Part shown: one piece after another, positions 39,084-48,100 of the stretch | How positions within the stretch are numbered: position 1 is the first letter of the stretch | Layout: every line of letters starts with the position of its first letter | IMG/VR virus record: IMGVR_UViG_3300025674_000014 | From: a virus | Lineage: Duplodnaviria > Caudoviricetes | Reading direction: 5' to 3' (one strand) | DNA length: 64,000 bases | Notes under the pieces: generated by a model | Database searches by the model: none | Told to the model about the DNA's origin: nothing | The model's input: the letters and a program-made list of their open reading frames with translations, nothing else | Position numbers and translations under genes: made by a program

Positions 39084-41725
39084 TATGTAGAAAAGTTAAC
39101 GTTACCATCAACAAAGTTACCTAAGAAAGGTCCATCTCCGTTAGCATACTCAACTCTGAATTGGTCTCCTGTATATCCATTGTAAGAGTAACTCACAACT
39201 GATCTAATACTACCATCAACGTAGATATACATAGTAGCAAAAGCTGGGCCACCGGATAAATCAGTATCAAACTCAAATATGTCATTTGCAGCAGATTGGA
39301 ATGTAACACCGTTAGCTGCAGGGTGAGGTGCTGATCCGGTACCTGTTAAACTGTTATTAAAGGTAAGAGGAGGTGTTGATGTTTGAGTTGGTGTGTAAGT
39401 AGGTGTTCTAGATTGGGTAGGTGTTTGGGTAGATGTTCTTGTATTAGTCGGTGTAGCTGTAGGGGTTTGTGTCCTTGTTCTTGTTTGTGTAGGTGTTTGA
39501 GATCTAGTAGAGGTTTGTGTCGGACTTTGAGTAGCGGTTTGCGATCTAGTTTGGGTAGGTGTTCCTGTCTGTGAAGATGTTCTTGTTTGGGTTGGTGTTT
39601 GAGATTTTGTTCTTGTATTAGTAGGTGTTTGTGTTCTAGATTGTGTTGGTGTTTGTGTCGGTGATTGAGTAGGTGTATTTGTATTTGTTTGTGTTGGTGT
39701 TTGTGTTAAAGTTTGTGTTGGTGTACGAGTTTGTGTTGATGTTCTAGTAGTAGTTGGTGTTCTTGTTCTAGTTGCACCTGGTGTATCAGTTTGACTTGGT
39801 GTTCTTGTGAAAGTTGCTGTTCTTGTGTTAGTTGGTGTGGTAGTTGATGTATTAGTAGGTGTTTGAGTTGCGGTAGAAGATTGAGTAGCTGTACGGGTAA
39901 CAGTTGGTGACGATGTTCTAGTAGATGTTTGTGTGTTTGTTCTAGAAGAAGTTACTGTAGGTGTAGCTGTTGAAGTCTTTGATTTTGTTCTAGTTACAGT
40001 GGGTGTTACAGTATTAGTAGCTGTTTTAGTTTGTGTGGGGGTTTGAGATCTAGTAGGTGTTTGTGTTCTTGTAGATGTTCGTGTTGGTGTTTGAGTTGAT
40101 GTTTGAGTAGGGGTTTCTGTTCTTGTTTGAGTAGCTGTTCTAGTATTAGTTGGTGTATTGGTAGCTGTACGAGTAGGAGAAGCTGTAGCTTCTGGTGTTA
40201 AAGTTGATGTAGATGTTACCGTTCTAGTATTAGTAGCGGTTTGAGAAGCTGTTCTAGTGGCTGTTTTTGTATTAGTAGGTGTATTTGTCGGTGTTCTACT
40301 ATTAGTGGGTGTTCTAGTTCTCGTAACGTCAGGTGTATCGGTTTGCGAAGGCGTTCTAGTGAAAGTAGCTGTTCTTGTATTAGTTGGTGTGGATGAATTT
40401 GTAGCTGTTCTAGTAGTAGTTTGTGTTGGAGATTGAGTTGCAGTTTGTGTAGCGGTTCGAGAAGATGTTCTCGTGTTAGTTGGGGTTACTCCAGGTGTAC
40501 CTGTTCTGGTGGATGTTTGTGTAGGGGTTTGTGTAGAAGTCTGAGTTCTTGACCTTGTTTGTGTAGGAGATTGGGTAGGTGTTTGAGTTCTTGTAGTTGT
40601 AGCAGAACGAGTAGGTGTAACTGTATTAGTTGGTGTAGATGTTCTTGTAGAAGTCCTTGTAGCAGAAGCTGTTTGAGTTGGTGTAATAGTTGACGTTCTA
40701 GTTTGGGTAACACCGGGTGTTGCTGATCTAGTTGACGTTCTCGTTTGTGTTGGTGTGATTGTTGATGTAGCGGTATTAGTAGCGGTTGTTGTAGCTGAAC
40801 TAGTTGCTGTTTTAGTATTTGTTATAGTGGCTGTTACGGTTGGTGTAGATGTTGACGTTCTAGTAGCCGTAGCAGTTTGAGTTGGTGTTTGTGTGGGTGT
40901 AGTTTGAGGTGTACCAGTTGAAGTAACTGTCTGCGTAGGTGTTTGAGAAGATGTCTTAGTGTTAGTAGCAGTAGATGTTTTTGTTCTGGTAGTTGTTTGT
41001 GTCGGGGTTTGAGTAGCAGTAGCTGCTGGTGTAGCTTGAGGTGTATTTGATGATGTTGCAGTAGGGGTAACTGTTGCAGTTCTTGTAGGTGTTTGAGTAG
41101 CGGTTTGTGTTCTAGATCTTGTAGCTGTTTGAGTAGCTGTTTGTGTTCTCGTTCTAGTAGATGTTTGCGTGGGGGATACTTGAGGAGATGCAGTAGGTGT
41201 AGCAGTAGATGTAGAAGTTGTTGTTCTAGTTGGTGTTGCAGTATTACTTGCTGTTCTAGTTGGTGTTTGTGTTGAAGTTACTGCAGGGGACGCTGTTGGT
41301 GTGGCAGTAGATGTAGAAGTTGATGTTCTAGTTGGTGTTTGAGTTGTAGATTGAGTACTTGTTCTAGTTACCGTCTGGGTAGATGTACGGGTATTAGTTG
41401 GTGTTGGTGTTGGTGCAGATCCTTGAGTAGGTGAAACTGAAACAGTCTTTGTAGGGGTTTGTGTTCTTGTTCTAGTATAAGTCGGGGTAGCTGTTCTTGT
41501 AGCTGTTGGTGTTACTACTGGATTTGGTTCATTATCAACCGAAACCATACCAACATGCATACCTAACGGTTGCAAGCCAGATCTTCTAGAAGATCTGTTA
41601 GCTTGCGGTCGGGGATCCAATATACAGGAGGGAATAGCTCGCCTACTATTTAAAGGATTATTAGGACAAATATTGGCTATATTATTTTGGTTACCACTTC
41701 CAAATTGATTTGATCTACTCGCCAC
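39083..41725 (-). CDS. TxT stalk protein (880 aa, GTG start) with a ~95 aa beta-rich tip domain
   Basis: Short N-term, TxT tract about 39372-41520, globular C-term; TAAATA 5 nt upstream. Confidence 0.85.
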   Translation of the reverse strand: MASRSNQFGSGNQNNIANICPNNPLNSRRAIPSCILDPRPQANRSSRRSGLQPLGMHVGMVSVDNEPNPVVTPTATRTATPTYTRTRTQTPTKTVSVSPTQGSAPTPTPTNTRTSTQTVTRTSTQSTTQTPTRTSTSTSTATPTASPAVTSTQTPTRTASNTATPTRTTTSTSTATPTASPQVSPTQTSTRTRTQTATQTATRSRTQTATQTPTRTATVTPTATSSNTPQATPAATATQTPTQTTTRTKTSTATNTKTSSQTPTQTVTSTGTPQTTPTQTPTQTATATRTSTSTPTVTATITNTKTATSSATTTATNTATSTITPTQTRTSTRSATPGVTQTRTSTITPTQTASATRTSTRTSTPTNTVTPTRSATTTRTQTPTQSPTQTRSRTQTSTQTPTQTSTRTGTPGVTPTNTRTSSRTATQTATQSPTQTTTRTATNSSTPTNTRTATFTRTPSQTDTPDVTRTRTPTNSRTPTNTPTNTKTATRTASQTATNTRTVTSTSTLTPEATASPTRTATNTPTNTRTATQTRTETPTQTSTQTPTRTSTRTQTPTRSQTPTQTKTATNTVTPTVTRTKSKTSTATPTVTSSRTNTQTSTRTSSPTVTRTATQSSTATQTPTNTSTTTPTNTRTATFTRTPSQTDTPGATRTRTPTTTRTSTQTRTPTQTLTQTPTQTNTNTPTQSPTQTPTQSRTQTPTNTRTKSQTPTQTRTSSQTGTPTQTRSQTATQSPTQTSTRSQTPTQTRTRTQTPTATPTNTRTSTQTPTQSRTPTYTPTQTSTPPLTFNNSLTGTGSAPHPAANGVTFQSAANDIFEFDTDLSGGPAFATMYIYVDGSIRSVVSYSYNGYTGDQFRVEYANGDGPFLGNFVDGNVNFST

Positions 41726-41749
41726 AATTATATTTATTAAATTATTGGC

Positions 41750-42664
41750 TTATAGTTTGAGAGAAGTAATGATTTTATCAACATTAAAGATCTCTCTTTC
41801 ATCAGTATAAGGACATTCATGAGCGTGAGCAGCTAAATCATAATCAAAATAATAACTGTTCATCAAATGAGATTTGCCTTTAGGATCATTAGCCTTAATA
41901 TTGTGATGAAGTTTATAACCGAACATCTCAGGGTGAGTACCAATCCAAAGTACGGTAGAAGGTAAACCAAAAGCTGCTGCAGCATGCTGCATGCATGAGT
42001 CAATTAGAAGTCTTTTATCCGCTGCTTTTAGAATAGAAAACAATTCAATATTACTCATTTGTGCATTTACTACTTCACAACCTTGAACATGAGGAGAGTT
42101 AGGTCTGCAAACCTGGTAAACGTGATAACCTTTATTGAGAGCAGCATTAGCTACCTCCGAAGCAACACTATAAGGCATATCGCGAGTCCAAGCATATATA
42201 TGTTGCTGTTGGTCTTCACCGAACGGACCACCGTTGGTTTGCAGAACTAAAATTGGTCTTTGATCTTGATTAAGCCATCTTTGATGAGCCTGTTGACCAT
42301 ACATGTTAAGAGGAATGTTAGGTCTATGTTTAAGTTCATTAAACTCTAACCCACACATTGTAAACCACGTCTGCATAAGAGGTGTCTTCTGCATAATGTG
42401 AGTAGATTCATAATAAGGCTCTCTTCTAAGAACAATAGTATCTTTATTGTTAATAAATGTTTCGTAAAAATAAGGTGTACCGTGAGGGTAAACTCGTTCA
42501 ATATCTGGGTTATGAAAGAAAATCTCTGGCCAGGAAGCAGTTACAATTATTTTTCTATCAGGATATTTTTCCTTAAGAGGTTTTATAATAGCAGTAGAAG
42601 CAACGTTCTTACCTAAACCACCTTCTACATGTAATACAACATATTTTTCTTTTGACTCGCTCAT
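41750..42664 (-). CDS. GT9-like (heptosyltransferase-fold, GT-B) glycosyltransferase
   Basis: EGGLGKNVAST..YPDRKIIV and LLIDSCMQHAAAAFGLPSTVLWIGTHP motifs. Confidence 0.75.
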   Translation of the reverse strand: MSESKEKYVVLHVEGGLGKNVASTAIIKPLKEKYPDRKIIVTASWPEIFFHNPDIERVYPHGTPYFYETFINNKDTIVLRREPYYESTHIMQKTPLMQTWFTMCGLEFNELKHRPNIPLNMYGQQAHQRWLNQDQRPILVLQTNGGPFGEDQQQHIYAWTRDMPYSVASEVANAALNKGYHVYQVCRPNSPHVQGCEVVNAQMSNIELFSILKAADKRLLIDSCMQHAAAAFGLPSTVLWIGTHPEMFGYKLHHNIKANDPKGKSHLMNSYYFDYDLAAHAHECPYTDEREIFNVDKIITSLKL

Positions 42665-42693
42665 TAATTTAATTTAGCGAGTATCTATATAAA

Positions 42694-45135
42694 TCAAGTT
42701 ATATCACTCCAAACATTTACTCTTTGAATAGTACCATCAGCACCTAATTGATTATCTATAACGTCTTGAACTTCATCAAGAAATTCTGTCTGAGTGTAAT
42801 TAGGACCATTAGGATAACCGCCGCCGCCATATAATAATGAAGCAAGTAAAATATCATTATTATAAAGTAAGAATATAGGACTACCACTATCACCAGACGA
42901 TACACCGTTAGGAAAAAATAACGTTCTTGCAGGTAATAAAGAACTAGCTGTACTTAAATTTTGATATTTATTTATATAAAATTGATAAGCCCCGGGGCAA
43001 GTAGTTCTACACGCCCAAGGATAAATTTTTTCATTTAAAGCTATAGCATATGCATTATCTAAACAAACAGTTCCAGGAGCCGGGGTAAAGGATCTACCAC
43101 CACCTACAATTACTGGAAACGAACAAGCTGGTACGATTTCCGAACCATTTAAATTTTTGAATTCAGCAAATTTATATATTTTTATATCTGGATCGGTAAT
43201 AGGGTTTGATAATTTACCTACAGCAACATCAGTATAATAATTACCTAATACTGAACTTTGGTTAAAATAACAACCTTGTAATCCACTACTGTTACAAGCC
43301 CAGCATGCTACTTGAGCAGATACTCTATCCCCATTAGGTTTAATAAAATTAATACAATAACCAGTAGTTAATCCCTGATATTGAGAATCAGATTGTATAT
43401 TATTATGAGGTGTATTATGAGCAGCTACTATAAAGTGTCTATCAGTAATCATTACATAATTACTAAATTCTGTATGTAATGCGCAAGAACCACTATCATA
43501 AAAATACGGATTACCACAACATGTTACATTAGAAAACCCTTGACCAGTTAAACATGAATAGCACGCTGCGTACCTAACACCTGATACATCAACTATATTT
43601 CTACAACTATACCACCAAGCACTGGTATTTACATTACCGCCGCTGCAATTAATATAATTGTAAGTAAATGAATTTGCAGCAGTTATTGAAGTAATACTGT
43701 TAACACCTAATCTACAAAATTCATAATTAGTGCAATTTAAAAAGTTTCTAAAACATTGACAATAATAACACGCTGTTGGTGTTCTTGTTTGAGTCGGTGT
43801 TTGTGTTCTTGTTCTAGTATAAGTTGGTGTCCTGGTTTGAGTACGTGTTCTTGTAGGGGTTGGTGTACATGTTGATGTTGCTCCGCTTGTGCAAGTTTGA
43901 GTATTTGTTCTAGTTTGTGTAGGTGTTTGTGTTGATGTTCTAGTATATGTAGGTGTATTGGTTGGTGTTCTGGTATTTGTACAAGTTGGGGTAGGGGTAC
44001 CGTATTTAGATACCGTTGATGTTTGCGTGGCTGTTCTTGTAGCTGTTCTTGTTTGAGTAGGTGTTCTAGTTGGTGTACCTGTTTGAGAAGCTGTTCTTGT
44101 ATTGGTGGGTGTTGGTGTAGGTGTATCTGCAGAAGTACATGTGATTGTTGGTGATACCGATCTCGTTCTTGTTTGAGTTGGTGATAAAGTAATTGATTTG
44201 GTTATAGTAGGGGTTTGTGTAGGGGAACTACCGCAAGTAACAGAAGGTGTTAATGTTCTTGTTCTAGTATTAGTTGCAGTACGGGTTCTAGTTGGTGAAC
44301 TTGTTCTACTATTAGTAGGTGTTTGGGTTGAGGTAGGGGTGGGGGTAGCGTAACTTGAAACCGTGCGTGTCGGGGTCAATGTACGAGATTGAGTTAAAGT
44401 TCGTGTTGGTGTTGATATATTTGTACCCGAACACGTTTGGGTTGGTGTATTAGATCTTGTTTTAGTATTTGTGGCGGTTTGTGAGCTTGTTTTAGTTTGG
44501 GTTGATGTTTTGGTATTAGTTAAAGTCGATGTTGATGTTCTAGTGCAAGTTACATTTGGTGTATCCGTTCTTGTAGCTGTTTGAGTAGGGGTTTGTGTTC
44601 TTGTTTGAGTTGGTGTTCTTGATCTTGTATATGTTGTTGTTGGTGTTCTACTATTAGTTGGTGTTGATGTAGGTGTAGATGTTGAAGTTCTGGTATCTGT
44701 AGGTGTATAAGTATGTGTTCTCGTACAAGTAGGTGTTTGAGTAGGTGTTCTAGAACAGGTTACATTAGGATTAGTTACTAAAGGATCAGTAGCGGTAGGG
44801 GTAGATGTTTTTGTTCTCGATTTAGTATTTGTAGGTGTAGCTGTAACAGCTAAACAACTCGAACCAAAAGCTGTTGGTGTTCTTGTTCTAGTACCTGTAA
44901 AAGTAGCAGTATTTGATCTAGTTACTGTTTGAGATGGAGTGGTGGTTGGGCATGATGTAACTGTTTGTGTTGGTGTGTTAGATCTTGTAGGGGTTAAAGT
45001 CGCGGTTTGCGTAGGTGTCCTAGTTTGAGTTACATACGGGTCGGCCCCTTGACGCATTTTACCCCAGTTGCTCGCTTGAGCTGGACCTGGGTTTGCGCTT
45101 CTAATTAAATCTCTTACTGTTGGTAAAGTAGCCAC
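42694..45135 (-). CDS. TxT stalk protein (813 aa, GTG start) with Cys-rich segment and C-terminal trypsin-like serine protease domain
   Basis: Catalytic-triad motifs in order: HFIVAAH, TDVAVGKL, SGDSGSPIF. Confidence 0.8.
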   Translation of the reverse strand: MATLPTVRDLIRSANPGPAQASNWGKMRQGADPYVTQTRTPTQTATLTPTRSNTPTQTVTSCPTTTPSQTVTRSNTATFTGTRTRTPTAFGSSCLAVTATPTNTKSRTKTSTPTATDPLVTNPNVTCSRTPTQTPTCTRTHTYTPTDTRTSTSTPTSTPTNSRTPTTTYTRSRTPTQTRTQTPTQTATRTDTPNVTCTRTSTSTLTNTKTSTQTKTSSQTATNTKTRSNTPTQTCSGTNISTPTRTLTQSRTLTPTRTVSSYATPTPTSTQTPTNSRTSSPTRTRTATNTRTRTLTPSVTCGSSPTQTPTITKSITLSPTQTRTRSVSPTITCTSADTPTPTPTNTRTASQTGTPTRTPTQTRTATRTATQTSTVSKYGTPTPTCTNTRTPTNTPTYTRTSTQTPTQTRTNTQTCTSGATSTCTPTPTRTRTQTRTPTYTRTRTQTPTQTRTPTACYYCQCFRNFLNCTNYEFCRLGVNSITSITAANSFTYNYINCSGGNVNTSAWWYSCRNIVDVSGVRYAACYSCLTGQGFSNVTCCGNPYFYDSGSCALHTEFSNYVMITDRHFIVAAHNTPHNNIQSDSQYQGLTTGYCINFIKPNGDRVSAQVACWACNSSGLQGCYFNQSSVLGNYYTDVAVGKLSNPITDPDIKIYKFAEFKNLNGSEIVPACSFPVIVGGGRSFTPAPGTVCLDNAYAIALNEKIYPWACRTTCPGAYQFYINKYQNLSTASSLLPARTLFFPNGVSSGDSGSPIFLLYNNDILLASLLYGGGGYPNGPNYTQTEFLDEVQDVIDNQLGADGTIQRVNVWSDIT

Positions 45136-45174
45136 AATCTAATATATTTAATCTACTATAATATATTTAAAGAT

Positions 45175-48100
45175 TTAAAGTGTACCGTACCCCACCCCAA
45201 CATATAAATCATTATTTCTGTTAACGCAATATGAAAAATTAGAATAAACTTCAACGCGTTGAGCACTACCTACGTAAGGAGTTATACATAACCATAAAGC
45301 ATTACTACCATAAGGGGACTGACCATATGCATAACAAGCAGCTGCTTGCATTATATTACAATAAGTAACATCATAATTCCAATAACCACCGGCAGCCAAA
45401 GAACAACTAACTAAGGAACAATAACAATAATTATAATTGCAATCATTGGCTCTAGCATAAAGAGTAACGGTTAATGTGGACCCGCTTATATTAGTAATTG
45501 TACCACATGCCCTTGCAGCCTTAACAGCAAAATAGTTACTCATCCACCCGGTAGGGTTAGCATCTTGTGCATAATCACAACACCACATTCTATTTTGCAG
45601 TGGTTTATTATACATCACCACACCTCCAGAACAACCGAAACACTCACGTGTACAATGTGTTACAGATGGAAATGCATTGTAAGTAGCATTATTACTTTCC
45701 ATAATTACTAAACTATCATAACAACCATCTGCATCGCTACAACTTTGCGAATATACATGTTGAGGTAATACACCAGTATATACCCAAGTATAACCACTAG
45801 CAATAGGTGAACCTATATCAGGACAGTCACAACGTTCACATGTACCATTAGAAGTATTAAAAAATGCACATGGTCTATTAGGACTTAACCACCCGTCTGT
45901 GCATCCTGTGTATAAAGACGGTACTTTAAACTCCGTTTCAACAATGTAAGGTGAAGTAGGGTTTGCTCCCCAATCTTTTAAACAACCTAAACTTGCATTA
46001 ATATAACAATTGCAATACCCTGCAATACACGAGGTCGCTACACATTGAGTACAACTACTAGCAGGTGCACAACTAATACCATAGTTAGTATGTAAACAAT
46101 AAGCAGGAGCACATACAGTATAACATACATAACCGTCTGCTTGAGTATTACACATAGATATATATCTCACACATTGAAAACATGTACCGTAACTCATTTT
46201 CTGTTTATAGGTATTTCTATAACATTTGCCTGAATTAGTAGCATTAGCCATTAAACGTGAAGGGGGTGTAATTGTAAGAAGAGAAACTATAGAACCGGGT
46301 ATATAACACCCCTCAAAACAAGTACCAGGTTTAGGCTTAGTACATGCAGTGAAAGGAAATCTAAAGGATGTACCCGGACACATAACCGCGGCACTTTCAA
46401 AATCTTGCAAACAAAATCTATAACATACAAAATATGAACCGCTATAAGAAGCACAATAATTAGTACTAGGAAAAGTATTACACAATAAATCAAAATTAGC
46501 ACAAGGCCCGTAAGTACATTCATAACAAGTATTAATATTATAACATTGTACCGGAGGTGTAGCAGTTTGAGTTGGTGTATATGTTCTTGTTTGTGAAGGG
46601 GTGTAAGTTCTTGTTTGAGTACACGTTCTTGTTTGGGTGGGTGTATAAGATCTGGTATTGGTTGGTGTTTGTGTACGTGTACGTGTACTTGTTCTAGTAG
46701 GTGTACATGTTCTTGTTTGAGTTGGTGTATATGTTCTTGTTCTAGTTGGTGTTTCTGTTCGGGTTCGGGTTCGGGTAGGGGTGCATGTTCTTGTTCTTGT
46801 TTGAGTGGGGGTTCTAGATCTAGTTCTAGTTGGTGTTTCTGTTCTTGTCCTGGTTCGAGTAGGAGATTGAGTTCTTGTATAAGTAGGTGTTCTTGTTCTT
46901 GTTCTAGTTGGTGTTCTAGACCTAGTACTGGTAGACGTTCTAGTTTGTGTAGGGGTTCTTGATCTAGTTTTTGTTGGTGAAACTGATCTTGTATGAGTAG
47001 ATGTTCTTGTTTGAGTGGGTGTTTGGGTTCTAGTTTTAGTTTGAGTTCTTGATCTTGTATTAGTTGGGGTTCTTGTTCGTGTAGGGGTTTGCGATCTAGT
47101 AGGTGTTTGAGTTCTTGTTCTTGTTTGTGTGGGTGTTTGAGTTCTTGTTTTTGTAGGGGTTTGTGAACGAGTTCTGGTTGGAGATTGAGTTCTGGTTGGT
47201 GTTTGTGTGCGGGTACGCGTTTGCGATCTTGTAGGTGTTTGAGTTCTTGTTCTTGTTTTGGTGGGTGTGTAGGTTCTAGATTTAGTTCTTGTTTGAGTGG
47301 GAGTTTGGGTACGTGTACGGGTTTGTGTTCTAGATCTTGTACTTGTAGGTGTTCTAGTTTGTGTAGATGTTCTTGTATTAGTAGGTGTTCTTTCTCTTGT
47401 AGGGGTTTGAGATCTTGTTCTAGTTTGTGTAGACGTTCTTGTTCTAGTAGGTGATTGAGACCGGGTAGGTGTTTGTGTTCTTGTTCTAGTTCGTGTTGGT
47501 GATTGAGTTCGTGTTGGTGATTGAGAACGTGTTGGTGATTGAGAACGTGTTGGTGTTTGTGTTCTTGTTCTTGTACTAGTGGGTGTTCTAGTTTGTGTAG
47601 ATGTTCTTGTATTAGTCGGTGTTGTTGTTCTAGTTCTTGTTTTCGTGCTTGTTGGTGTTTGTGTGCGGGTGCGAGTTTGTGACGGTGTTTGTGTTCTTGT
47701 ATTAGATGATGTCTGAGTTATTGTTTGAGTTGACGTTCTAGTTTGAGTAACACCTGGTGTATCTGTTTGAGAAGGGGTGCGTGTAAATGTAGGTGTTTGA
47801 GTTCTGGTTCTTGTTTGAGTTGGAGTTTGAGTTGATGTTCTAGTAGAGGTGTTAGTTGGGGTTTGTGTTGCTGTTTTGGTAACAGTAGATGATTGGGTTG
47901 ATGTTCTTGTTTTTGTATTGGTTGGTGTTTGAGTACGTGTTCTAGATTGAGTGGGTGTACGAGTTTGTGTAGGTGTATGAGTTTGTGTAGCTGTTTTAGT
48001 AACAGTGGATGATTGGGTTGATGTTCTTGTACTAGTAGGTGTAGGTGTTTGTGTACTTGTTCTGGTTTGAGTTGCTGTTCTTGTTTGTGTGGGTGTTCTT

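Noticed and set aside
10017-47454. Dozens of plus-strand ORFs rich in V/C/S/R (e.g. 11293-12054, 13053-13841, 35267-35677)
   Set aside because: Antisense shadows of ACN-rich TxT coding: the G+T-rich plus strand is depleted of stops. They mirror the repeat and have no independent signals.
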